From: a virus
IMG/VR virus record: IMGVR_UViG_3300034251_000012
Span: 1 to 52,845 of that record
Reading direction: 5' to 3' (one strand)
DNA length: 52,845 nt
Below are positions 40,652-49,439 of this stretch, in pieces. The position numbers and the translations under genes are program-made. Each line of letters opens with the position of its first letter. Position 1 is the stretch's first letter. The notes below the pieces were generated by a model. The model made no database searches. It saw nothing but the letters and a program-made list of their open reading frames with translations, and was not told the DNA's origin.

Positions 40652-41776
40652 ATGCACGAAAACAATACCACTCCGGCCGCCCAAACGGTCACACTCTTCA
40701 ACCGCACGCCGGGACGCGACGCCGTTTACATCCTCGAACTCAAAGAGGTTGACGGCCGCTGGCAGTTGTTCTACTCGAACGGGCGGCGCGGCTCGACGCT
40801 CACGACTAAACCCGTCACACAGCCCGTCGCCTACGAAATCGCGCTCAAAGCCTTCGAGAGCAAAAAGAGAAGCAAGCTCGCGGGCGGCTATCACCCGGCG
40901 GAGTATTTCGGTGAAGGGGACGCGAGCGCGCAGACGCACGTGGCTACGTCCGACGGAGAGCGCGAGACGGGCGTCTTCCCGCAACTCCTGACCGAAGCCG
41001 ACGAGCGCGAGGCCGACGAGTTCATCCGCGACTCCGCATGGTGGATGCAGGAGAAGTTCGACGGCAAGCGCATCATCCTCGACGTTACGAGCGGAAGGGT
41101 GCGCGCCATCAACCGCCGCGGGCTTGTCTGCGGCATCTCTGAGAGCATCCGCTCGGCAGCGGTCGCGCTCTCGTCCGAGTTCGGCGACTTCCGCCTCGAC
41201 GGCGAGGCGATGGGCGACACCTTCGTCGTCTTCGATTGTCACAGCATCAACGTGTATGACTTGTCGGGCTGTGCCTACAGTGCGCGATTGAGCAACTTCA
41301 CGGGCTTGGTGCGGCAGATGCCTCCGGCTCTGCGTCTTGCCGACGTGTGGATGACTGAGACGGAGAAGGCCGAGCATTTCGCGCGCATCAAGGCCGAAGG
41401 GCGCGAGGGCGTCGTGTTCAAACGGCACGCCGCGCCCTACACGGCGGGCAGGCCGAACTCCGGCGGCGACCAGCGCAAGGTGAAATTCACCGCGACCGTG
41501 ACGGTCGTCGTCGAGCGCGTCAACGCGAAGCGGTCTTTCTCGATGCTCGCCTACGTTGACGGCCAGCCGACGAACATCGGCAACTGCACCGTCCCGGCGA
41601 ATCGCGAACTGCCCACCGCGGGGCAATTCATCGAAGTCCGTTACCTATACTCCTATCCCGGCGGCTGCCTCTTCCAGCCGCGCTACGTTGACCTGCGCGA
41701 CGATCTCACGCTCGCCGACGTGGCCGCACAGCCCGCCCTGAAATACAAGGCTGAGGACGGAGAGGACTGCGAGTAA
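40652..41776 (+). CDS. ATP-dependent DNA ligase with an N-terminal WGR-like domain
   Basis: Motif I is WMQEKFDGKRII, motif IV is EGREGVVFKRH and motif V is QRKVKFTAT. The N-terminus VYILELKEVDGRWQLFYSNGRRGS is WGR-like. Confidence 0.85.
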   Translation: MHENNTTPAAQTVTLFNRTPGRDAVYILELKEVDGRWQLFYSNGRRGSTLTTKPVTQPVAYEIALKAFESKKRSKLAGGYHPAEYFGEGDASAQTHVATSDGERETGVFPQLLTEADEREADEFIRDSAWWMQEKFDGKRIILDVTSGRVRAINRRGLVCGISESIRSAAVALSSEFGDFRLDGEAMGDTFVVFDCHSINVYDLSGCAYSARLSNFTGLVRQMPPALRLADVWMTETEKAEHFARIKAEGREGVVFKRHAAPYTAGRPNSGGDQRKVKFTATVTVVVERVNAKRSFSMLAYVDGQPTNIGNCTVPANRELPTAGQFIEVRYLYSYPGGCLFQPRYVDLRDDLTLADVAAQPALKYKAEDGEDCE

Positions 41777-41850
41777 CAATTGACCACGGGGAGGCCGCGC
41801 GACGGGTGCGGCCTCCCGCTGCGGAATGATGACAGAGGAGTGTGTGTGTA

Positions 41851-42186
41851 ATGAAAGAAAATTTAGCGAGAGCCGAGAACGATAACGCCGCGGGCGGCGC
41901 GACCCGCCCCGCCGAGGTACGCTTCCAACTGGGGCGCACGCTCATCACGCCGGGGGCAGAGGACGCCCTACAGGAGGCCGGAGACGACGGCCGCGGCTAC
42001 CTGCGCCGCCATGCCGCGGGCGACTGGGGCATCGTCGGTGCTGAGGACAGGGAAGAGAACGAGCTGTCGGTGCGCGAGGGCTTTAGGATTCTGAGCGCGT
42101 ACCTGACGGGGAAGGGCGTGAAGATATGGATCATCACCGAGGCTGACAGGTCGGCGACGACAATCCTGCTGCCCGAAGAGTATTAA
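41851..42186 (+). CDS. Conserved hypothetical protein (GDWG...WIITEADRS...TTILLPEEY type)
   Basis: ATG at 41851 with a GAGGAG RBS. From memory, the C-terminal motif is seen in plasmid- and phage-borne hypothetical proteins. Function is unknown. Confidence 0.5.
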   Translation: MKENLARAENDNAAGGATRPAEVRFQLGRTLITPGAEDALQEAGDDGRGYLRRHAAGDWGIVGAEDREENELSVREGFRILSAYLTGKGVKIWIITEADRSATTILLPEEY

Positions 42187-42187
42187 G

Positions 42188-42234
42188 AGTGAGAGGCCGC
42201 CACTCAAAACGGTTTTGAGTGGCGGCCTCTCACT
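42188..42234 (+). terminator. Terminator-like perfect hairpin
   Basis: agtgagaggccgccactcaaaac / gttttgagtggcggcctctcact form 23-bp arms, directly after the stop at 42186. Confidence 0.65.
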
Positions 42235-42263
42235 GTTGCCATTAGGCGGTGTCACCTCTTAAG

Positions 42264-42722
42264 ATGCCCGTCATGAAAACTTCATCGTCAGCGACCGCTA
42301 ACCTCTCACTAGTCGCCGTCATCTGGATCGTTATCGTGCTCGGGTGTAGCGCCCCTCCCTCTTCTCCCTCTTCTTCGTCATCCGCCCCGGGCAGCACGCC
42401 CCCGCCGGCCACGCTCGTCGTCGAAGCCTCCGCCCTGGTGAAAGCCTACGAAGACAACGAGGTGGCGGCCGACAATTTATACAAGGGAAAGTTTCTCGAA
42501 ATCACCGGCACGATCAATACCATCGGCAAAGACATTCTCGATGACATGTATGTCTCTTTGAGGAGCGGGCGAGAGTTAGAGATATTCGGCGTTCAATGTT
42601 TCTTCGCCGAAGAGCATAAGTCCCAGCTCGCCGCCCTGAAGAAGGGCCAGCAGGTGAAGATTATAGGCCGCTGTGACGGAAAATTCGGGAACATCCTCAT
42701 CAAGGATGCTCGTCTCAAGTAG
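42264..42722 (+). CDS. Lipoprotein with an OB-fold (tRNA_anti-like) domain; moron
   Basis: The signal sequence and lipobox are LVAVIWIVIVLGCSAPP. The segment AYEDNEVAADNLYKGKFLEITGTI...VKIIGRCDG resembles the OB-fold tRNA_anti-like family. The gene is AT-richer than its flanks. The start is ambiguous (GTG 42249, ATG 42264 or ATG 42273). Confidence 0.6.
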   Translation: MPVMKTSSSATANLSLVAVIWIVIVLGCSAPPSSPSSSSSAPGSTPPPATLVVEASALVKAYEDNEVAADNLYKGKFLEITGTINTIGKDILDDMYVSLRSGRELEIFGVQCFFAEEHKSQLAALKKGQQVKIIGRCDGKFGNILIKDARLK

Positions 42723-42771
42723 CGAGCCGGATGCGTGAAGCCGCACCCGGCCGTCAAATCCCACCACCTCA

Positions 42772-43635
42772 TCACTCGAAGCATCTGGCGATGAATGCGG
42801 TCAGATCGTCCGTCGTCTTCTCAACGCCCACGTTGTGATCTCCCTCCAGCGTGACGACCTCGCTCTCCAGCGCCGCGCCCGCGACGAGCCGCGCGAATGC
42901 CCCGCCGTGCATGTACCACGGCACGATGCGATCTCCGTCTCCGCCGTAGAACCTGAGCCGGACACCTGCCCAGTCGCGCGCGTCACGCGTCTGCGGATCG
43001 TGCCCGATGGTCTGCGCCTCGAAGTTCGAGCCGTCCGGGTTGATGCCGTAGGCGAAGTTGATGCCGGTGGCCATCTGCGCATTGTAGTTGTACTGGCCGC
43101 GCAGGTGCGTCACCGGGTAGTAAAGCGCGGCGCACCTGACCGGGATGCGCCCGTCCGGAATTGAGGTCAGGGTCACGAGGCCGCCCATCGAGTTGCCGAG
43201 CATCGCAACGCGCGTCGTGTCCACCCCGTACCGGCTCACGATGTAACTGTATAGCTCGAAGTTCGCGTCGAGTGCTTTCCGGTTGCCCCAGTTGTAATAG
43301 CCGCCGTCCGGGTTGTCGGTCAGGCGGGACATGGCGACGATGTAGCCCTGCTCAAGCAGCGCATCGAGGAGCGCGCGGAAGGGCGGCAGATCGTAAAACT
43401 GCCGCTCGGTCTGACCCGCGGCGTGGTTCAGGATGACGAGCGGGCGCCCCGGCCCGAAGCGATGGTTGCTCTTACCTATCGCCCGACGTGGGATGAACAC
43501 CATCGCAGGCGTCGAGAGTGAGGTGACGGACACCATGTGAGGCGGCGTCGTCTCGCGCGCGGCTTTGAATTTGGATTGTGAAAAGGCCGGGGAAGTAGTG
43601 AGTAGAAGGGCGAGCGTCAGGGTGAGAGTTTTCAA
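42772..43635 (-). CDS. Secreted alpha/beta hydrolase (esterase/lipase-type), paralog of the fibre C-terminus
   Basis: The signal peptide is MKTLTLTLALLLTTSPAFSQS. The nucleophile elbow is GNSMGG, and candidate Asp (GDGDRIVP) and His (EGDHN) are present. About half of the residues match 825-aa protein residues ~590-825 by eye. Confidence 0.8.
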   Translation of the reverse strand: MKTLTLTLALLLTTSPAFSQSKFKAARETTPPHMVSVTSLSTPAMVFIPRRAIGKSNHRFGPGRPLVILNHAAGQTERQFYDLPPFRALLDALLEQGYIVAMSRLTDNPDGGYYNWGNRKALDANFELYSYIVSRYGVDTTRVAMLGNSMGGLVTLTSIPDGRIPVRCAALYYPVTHLRGQYNYNAQMATGINFAYGINPDGSNFEAQTIGHDPQTRDARDWAGVRLRFYGGDGDRIVPWYMHGGAFARLVAGAALESEVVTLEGDHNVGVEKTTDDLTAFIARCFE

Positions 43636-43738
43636 AGGGTGAGTCTCCGTAATAGATTTACTACATGAAGGGTAGTACGGGTAAACTACTACACCAAACG
43701 TAGGATTTCGTAAAGGTTAATTTGTGTATGATTAAGGG

Positions 43739-43978
43739 ATGGTGGTATCGAGAGTGCGGGAGGTGGCGGAGGCGCGCGGCATCAGAAGTTCCTATGAGCT
43801 TCAGAACATTGCCAAACTTGCGCCGACGATGGCGGTCAGGTTATGGCGCGGCGAGGTCACGCGATTCAGTGTGGAGACGCTCGATAAATTATGCGTTGCG
43901 CTCAGGGCTGAGGTAGGTGAACTGCTGGTGCATGTGCCGGCCGGTGAGCGAGAGGGAAGTGACAAAGGTCAGCATTGA
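43739..43978 (+). CDS. XRE-type HTH regulator divergent from the hydrolase gene
   Basis: VREVAEARGIRSSYELQNIAKLAPTMAVRLWRGE is HTH-like. The start is uncertain (ATG 43739 or a downstream GTG). Confidence 0.6.
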   Translation: MVVSRVREVAEARGIRSSYELQNIAKLAPTMAVRLWRGEVTRFSVETLDKLCVALRAEVGELLVHVPAGEREGSDKGQH

Positions 43979-44023
43979 GGCCAGAGGCTTAGAAGTTCTA
44001 AGCCTCTGGCCTCAATGCTGACC
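43967..44023. terminator. Bidirectional terminator-like perfect hairpin
   Basis: ggtcagcattgaggccagaggcttagaa / ttctaagcctctggcctcaatgctgacc form 28-bp arms between convergent genes. Confidence 0.65.
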
Positions 44024-44036
44024 GGCCGACATGGCA

Positions 44037-46514
44037 TCAGACGAATACGCGATCAAGGAAGGTCAACAGGTCGGTGATCATCCCCTCAATATTTTGCAGG
44101 TGAGTGCCCGCCGAGCTGACGATGTCCTCTTCAGTGGCTACGCTCGCTATCTGCGCCGCGAAGTCCCCGGTGTTCTCCGTCGGGTTGACCGTCACGTCGC
44201 CCGTGTTGCGGTAGAACCGGAAACGCTTGTTGAACGAAGCGTGCGCGCCGAGCAGGCGCGGATCATGACCGGCGGTTTGTGTCGCATAGTTGCCGCCGCC
44301 GGGAATGTTGTAGGCCGTGTTGATGCCGGTGCTGAAGCCGTTCGCGTAGACGTGGGCGAGGTCAAAGACGCAATCAATGCAGGCCGCCCCTTTGACCGGG
44401 ATGTTCCCGTCCACAAAGGCGAGCGCGGTTGCGAGGCCGCCCATGCTCAAGCCGATCATGGCCACCTTCGTCGTGTCAACGTTGTAGTTGGCGACGACGT
44501 AATCGTAAAGCTCGACGTTGGCGTCAATGGCCGCTTGGTTGCCCCAGTTGTTCTCTCCGGTCGCAGTGTTATCCGTCAGCCGAGAGATCGCAACAATGTA
44601 GCCACGCTCGACGAGCGCGGTCAGGATCGAGCGGTAGCTGGCCGTGTCGAAGAACATGCGCTCGTCGAACCCGGCGGCGTGATTCAGGATCACGAGCGGG
44701 CGGTTGCCCTTCAGCCCCTGTTTCTTGACGACGAGCGCGGGCGTGCTGAGTGTCGGCGCATAGCCGCCCGTCTCGTCAATCCAGTCGTGCTCCCACGTGA
44801 GGCCGTTCGACGCGCGGATCGCCGCGTAGTGAATGGCAACGTCGGCAGCGGAGTGCGCGTGGTCGAGCACTCCCACCATCCGCACGAAGCCCGCGCCCGG
44901 CCCGATCTTGAAAGACGTGAAGACGCCCGGATTCGTCTGCGGCGTGAAGGTCTGCGCGAGCTGGCCGTCCACGTAAAACGAGACGCTCGTCGCCGAGGTC
45001 TGCACGTAGGTCAAGACTGACCACTCATACATATAGCCCTTCGGCGTCGTGCCTTCCGAGCCGCTCACGCGGTAGGCGTGCCAGCGATTGCCGAGCGAGA
45101 AGATGTGATTATTCGTGTCGAAGTAGAGTAAGTAAGAGCCGGGGAAGGCGGCCTGCCTTTTGGCGAGGAGATAGATCGTCTTCGTCTCGTCGGCCGGGAC
45201 GGGGACGGTCGCATACTTCGTGGTATCGAGCGCGACGACGAAGGGCCGGTCGCTCTCGGAGAATGTCCCCGCGGCCGTCTCGCTCGCGTAGTAGCTCAGG
45301 CGCAGGCCCGAGGTGGCCTGCGTACCGTTGCGCGCGTTGCCCGACAAGTCAGGCCACGTCTGCACGAGGTCGCCCTGCGTGAGGTCGAGTTCGGCCGCGT
45401 CGAGGAACGTGAGGAAACCGGAGATCGTGTCGGGGCTATAGGGAAGCGCGCCCGTCGTCAGCATCTTGTTGACCGCGCCGACCAGATTCAAGTTGCTCGC
45501 CGTCAGCCCGCCCGAGACGCTCATGCCCCCCGTCACGATGGGGGCCGTCAGGGTCTTATTCGTGAGCGTGGCCGTCGCGGCGTTCTTCGTCGCGTCCGAG
45601 GTGTTGTCCACGTTCCCCAGTCCGAGACTCGTGCGTGCCGTGCCGGCGTTCGCCACGTCGCTCAAATTGAGGGACGGGCGGAGCGGCGTGTAGCCGAGCG
45701 CGGTCGTGACATTGCCGCTCGACAACGAGGCGTAGACCGCGCCGGAGACTGCTTCGCTGAGCGCCAGGACGGCCGCCTGCGAGGCGAAGGTGTACTGGGC
45801 GGCGAGGTTCATGTCCATCACCTTGTAAGGCGCGAGGTTTACAGTCGCCGTCGAGAGCGGAACGTCGTAGATGCCGAGCAAGGTCTGCGTCCCGGCGGCG
45901 TTCACGTGATTGACCTGATAGTAAGCGGTCGGCGTGAGTGAGCGCGACGGGTAGACCGAGACATCGAACTGCCCGGAGACGTTGAGGACGGCCGAGACGG
46001 TCGCGCCCTTCGGGATCAGGCCGCCGGGCGAAGTTGTCGGCTGCGTCAGGATGAACGTCACCTTGCCCGTGAGCGGGGAGCCGCCGGCGTCGGTGAGAGT
46101 GTCAATGATGCGCGTCTTCGCGTTCGTGACGGTGAGCGTGACCGTGCCGGCCGTGCTCGTCTGGCCGCCGCTCGTGACCGTGAAGTTGAAACTGTCCGCG
46201 CCGACGTAATCGGTGACGGGCGTGTAGACGACCGCGCCGGTCGCAGTGTTGAGGCCGGAGAGCGTGCCGTGCGCCGGGCTGGTGGTGGTCGCGTAGACGA
46301 GCGATGTGCCCTCCGCGTCGAAGCCCTGCAACTGAACGGCGTTCTGCCGGTTGGCGGCGACGGTCGTCGAGAAGCTCGTCGCGACGGGCGTTGTGAATGA
46401 GGCCGCCGCAACTTTTAAGGTAAAGGCTTCAAGTGATTCTCTCGACCACGTCGAGGCGTTAGTTGCGATTGTGAAGACGAGTAAGAGCGCGATGAGCGAT
46501 TTAAAGGTTTTCAT
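44037..46514 (-). CDS. Fibre-like multidomain protein with a C-terminal alpha/beta hydrolase domain
   Basis: Contains an Ig/cadherin-like segment (GTLSGLNTATGAVVYTPVTDYVGADSFNFTV), the fibre motifs NLSDVANAGTARTSLGLG and ATLTNKTLTAP, a LamG-like region and a C-terminal GLSMGG hydrolase. The N-terminus looks like a signal peptide. Confidence 0.7.
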   Translation of the reverse strand: MKTFKSLIALLLVFTIATNASTWSRESLEAFTLKVAAASFTTPVATSFSTTVAANRQNAVQLQGFDAEGTSLVYATTTSPAHGTLSGLNTATGAVVYTPVTDYVGADSFNFTVTSGGQTSTAGTVTLTVTNAKTRIIDTLTDAGGSPLTGKVTFILTQPTTSPGGLIPKGATVSAVLNVSGQFDVSVYPSRSLTPTAYYQVNHVNAAGTQTLLGIYDVPLSTATVNLAPYKVMDMNLAAQYTFASQAAVLALSEAVSGAVYASLSSGNVTTALGYTPLRPSLNLSDVANAGTARTSLGLGNVDNTSDATKNAATATLTNKTLTAPIVTGGMSVSGGLTASNLNLVGAVNKMLTTGALPYSPDTISGFLTFLDAAELDLTQGDLVQTWPDLSGNARNGTQATSGLRLSYYASETAAGTFSESDRPFVVALDTTKYATVPVPADETKTIYLLAKRQAAFPGSYLLYFDTNNHIFSLGNRWHAYRVSGSEGTTPKGYMYEWSVLTYVQTSATSVSFYVDGQLAQTFTPQTNPGVFTSFKIGPGAGFVRMVGVLDHAHSAADVAIHYAAIRASNGLTWEHDWIDETGGYAPTLSTPALVVKKQGLKGNRPLVILNHAAGFDERMFFDTASYRSILTALVERGYIVAISRLTDNTATGENNWGNQAAIDANVELYDYVVANYNVDTTKVAMIGLSMGGLATALAFVDGNIPVKGAACIDCVFDLAHVYANGFSTGINTAYNIPGGGNYATQTAGHDPRLLGAHASFNKRFRFYRNTGDVTVNPTENTGDFAAQIASVATEEDIVSSAGTHLQNIEGMITDLLTFLDRVFV

Positions 46515-46558
46515 TGTTTCCTCATGTTGAAGAGTTGTTGTCTTGCATTAGGCGTGAA

Positions 46559-48661
46559 TCACTTCGCCACCCATGCGCCGGACTCCCTGACGTAGAATGT
46601 AGACCCGGCTCCGCCGTCCGTCCGGTGAAAGGTCGAGCCGTTCGCCGGACTCGTCGCGGGCACGCCTGTGCCCCATTGAATCTCGACGCCGCCGCCGAGT
46701 TGGATCGAGTTCGTCCCGCTCTTAACCCTTAACTTTTCCGCCCACGAGACGCCGTCGAAAGTGGAGATAATGGCGTCGTCGGTCAATGCCGCGATGCCGG
46801 GGTTCGCCATGCCGAACGCCGCGCCCTTCGTTGGCGTGCTGTCCTTCCAGAATTCGAAAAAGTTCTTGCCCGAACCTGCTTGAAACCTAATGCGGGAGGT
46901 CAAGGAGTCGGCCTTAACTTGCATTTGCGGGCTGGTCGCGCTCGTCACTTCAACCACGCCGTTCAAGTTCGCCCCGGCGAAGGTGGGCGCGGCCGTGGTG
47001 TGAATGTTTTGCGGGAGCGAGATTGTGACCGCGCCGGTCGAACCGCTGACCGTGACTTGATTCGTTGTGCCGGCGACGGACGTGACCGGGGTCGCGTAGG
47101 TTTGATCGCCGCGCAGGTAGGTGGAACTGCTGGCCGTGCCCGAGCCGAGCCGGGCGGTAGCCACCGTCCCCGCCGCGATGGCTGAAGCGTTCAGCGTGCC
47201 GCCGGTGGCCGTCGTGGTGTGCCCGTGGGTCGCGTTCGTGAAGTCGCCGATGGTCGGGGTCGTGAGCGTCTTGTTCGTCAGCGTGTCGCTCGTCGCCCGG
47301 GCGACGAGCGTGTCCGTGCTGGTGGGCAGGGTGAGCGTCCCCGTATTAACGATTGTCGAGATGACCGGCGCGGTCAGGGTCTTATTCGTGAGCGTGGCCG
47401 TGTTCGACCGCTCGGCGAAGACGTGTGCGGTCGTCGCGATCTGCGACGTGTTCGTGCCGGCAGCGGCAGTGGGCGCGAGTGGCGTGCCGGTCAGGGTCGG
47501 TGAAGCGAGTGGAGCTTTCAAGGCGAGGTCGCTGGTTAAATTCGTCACCTGCGACTCGGTGATGGTTACCGGGTCGCCCCCCGCTGCCGCGTGCGTTGAC
47601 GCGTGCGCAGTCGGCGTGCGCGAGTCGGACAGGCGCGTGTCGTTGCCCTTGACCACTTCGCCGCTCGCCGCATTGCTGGAGGCGGCCACGTTCAGGGTCG
47701 CCGCCGTCCCGAGGCCGAGGTTCGTGCGCGACGTGGCTGTGCTCGCGACGTCCGAGAGGTTCGAGGCGATCTTCAACTGCGCGTCGTTCGTCACGGCACT
47801 CAGGCCGACCTGCGTCTTCGTGACGGCGTGCGGGTTGGCCGTGTCGGCCACGTGCGCGGAGAGCGATGCGGAGGAGGCCTTAGCGTCGAGCTGCGCCTGT
47901 AGCCCGGACGTGACGCCGTCGAGGTAATTGAACTCTGTGTTAGTAACGATGCCCGTGCCGATCTTCGTCGCGTTAAGCGTCGGGATGTCGGCCTCGACGA
48001 GCAGGCGCGGGGAGAGGACGCCGCCGCCGCCGCTCGGCGCGGCGAGGACTTTGTTCGCCGCCTGCGACGCCCACGTGGCCGTGAGCGTGCCTGAAGTCGT
48101 CACCGGCGAGCCGGAGATGGAGAACTCCGCCGGGAGTGCGAGACCGACGCTCGTCACCGTGCCGCTCGTGCCTGCCGCCGGCGCTGCCCACGCCGTCGTG
48201 CCGTCCCCCTGCTTCGTCATGACGTGCCCTGTGGACGCCCCGGACGCGTTGGAGGCGCCGATGCCAACCTTAGCCTCCAGCTCCAGCACCGCGCCGCGCG
48301 CGCCGTTGATGTGCGCGGAGGCGAGCGGGAAGCGCACCGTCGCATTGATCGAGTGCGCGGCGGCCGGCGTGCCGGAGAAGCCGCGCGTGACCGTGAAGGT
48401 CGTCCCCGTCGCCACGGTGGCCGCCATCAGCTCATTGTCTATTTGCAGGACGGTCGTCGTCGGCAGCCCCGCCGTCGAGTTGACGGTGAGCGTGGTCGCG
48501 CCGGAGGTGGCCGCGGCGGTCAGGAAAGTGAACTTCTGATCGACGGCCTGTGGGAGCGTCGCCCCGGTGTCGAGCGCGGGCGGGTAGGCGGTCGTCCCCT
48601 GCGCCGGCGCGGTCGAGGCGAAGAGGCATGTCAGGATGATGATGGCGGCGAGATGCTTCAT
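46559..48661 (-). CDS. Tail fibre-like protein with repeated LTNKTLT motifs
   Basis: Contains NLSDVASTATSRTNLGLG, ATLTNKTLTAP and DTLTNKTLTTP in a Thr/Ala/Gly-rich body. Its start overlaps the upstream tail gene stop as ATGA. The N-terminus looks like a signal peptide. Confidence 0.7.
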   Translation of the reverse strand: MKHLAAIIILTCLFASTAPAQGTTAYPPALDTGATLPQAVDQKFTFLTAAATSGATTLTVNSTAGLPTTTVLQIDNELMAATVATGTTFTVTRGFSGTPAAAHSINATVRFPLASAHINGARGAVLELEAKVGIGASNASGASTGHVMTKQGDGTTAWAAPAAGTSGTVTSVGLALPAEFSISGSPVTTSGTLTATWASQAANKVLAAPSGGGGVLSPRLLVEADIPTLNATKIGTGIVTNTEFNYLDGVTSGLQAQLDAKASSASLSAHVADTANPHAVTKTQVGLSAVTNDAQLKIASNLSDVASTATSRTNLGLGTAATLNVAASSNAASGEVVKGNDTRLSDSRTPTAHASTHAAAGGDPVTITESQVTNLTSDLALKAPLASPTLTGTPLAPTAAAGTNTSQIATTAHVFAERSNTATLTNKTLTAPVISTIVNTGTLTLPTSTDTLVARATSDTLTNKTLTTPTIGDFTNATHGHTTTATGGTLNASAIAAGTVATARLGSGTASSSTYLRGDQTYATPVTSVAGTTNQVTVSGSTGAVTISLPQNIHTTAAPTFAGANLNGVVEVTSATSPQMQVKADSLTSRIRFQAGSGKNFFEFWKDSTPTKGAAFGMANPGIAALTDDAIISTFDGVSWAEKLRVKSGTNSIQLGGGVEIQWGTGVPATSPANGSTFHRTDGGAGSTFYVRESGAWVAK

Positions 48662-49431
48662 GATATTTCCTCTGCGTAGGCCGTCTTTCGGGTGGACGGG
48701 TTGTGAACGTCGTGCGGGTCGGATACGAAGGCCGTGACGGTGGTCTCCGGCGCAATGGCGGTCGCGCTGCCGAGGCCGGGGGCGGCCGTGTCGGGCGACC
48801 AGTCAGACCAGCCGCGGCCGTCGCCCGCGTCCTCCATTGAGTTGTTCTGCCAGCGGTAGCGCACCTTGCAGTCGAAGGCGGCTTGCGCCAGTTGAATTCT
48901 GTTGGAGACGCCGTTCGGGGGCGTGGAGATGACAACGTCGTCGGAGTCGCGCCGCACCTGCACCTCCGAGGCGACGAGCGAGTAGCCGTAGTCGTCCGGC
49001 TTCGGGTAGAAGATGACCCAGTCGTCCGTGTTCTCAGCCTTCGTCACAGTAGGGGCGACGGTCACGAGCGGCACGTGCGCATCCACCGAGTCGAGCCCGG
49101 GTGCGGTGGCCTCCGTGGAGAAATCAATGTCGTGGGTCGTAGCGTCCTCCAGTTCGTCAACAGCGGGGACGCCGAAGGCGTTGTAGGGAAGCGCGAAGAG
49201 TCTGACTTTTTTGTTTGCAACGGGCGTATATTGAAACGATCCGGCCGCGCCGCGCGGCATCCTTCCGAGAGTGTTGGGCACGCCTATGAGCGCATCCGTC
49301 TCCTCATCAACCTCCTGCCAGAAGACCTCGACGAAAGCGGCGTCAACGGTGGCTGCGGGGAAGTACGGCGCGAGCGCTTTAGACTCCGCAACAATGTTCA
49401 ATCCCCGTGACGGTTCTGCGATAATGTCCAT
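48658..49431 (-). CDS. Tail / baseplate-associated protein candidate
   Basis: A 257-aa ORF in the distal tail block. The call rests on position only. Confidence 0.45.
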   Translation of the reverse strand: MDIIAEPSRGLNIVAESKALAPYFPAATVDAAFVEVFWQEVDEETDALIGVPNTLGRMPRGAAGSFQYTPVANKKVRLFALPYNAFGVPAVDELEDATTHDIDFSTEATAPGLDSVDAHVPLVTVAPTVTKAENTDDWVIFYPKPDDYGYSLVASEVQVRRDSDDVVISTPPNGVSNRIQLAQAAFDCKVRYRWQNNSMEDAGDGRGWSDWSPDTAAPGLGSATAIAPETTVTAFVSDPHDVHNPSTRKTAYAEEIS

Positions 49432-49439
49432 TGATTTAA

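Noticed and set aside
40619-41626. A 335-aa minus-strand ORF opposite the DNA ligase gene. Similar long antisense ORFs occur at 10396-11439, 44031-45020, 21831-22859, 8844-9776, 14161-15024, 23649-24521, 35374-36030, 36297-37076 and 3649-4521.
   Set aside because: Their translations are Arg/Gly/Ala/Val-rich with no recognisable motifs. Each lies fully antisense to a gene with clear catalytic or structural signatures. Long stop-free antisense frames are expected in GC-rich DNA.
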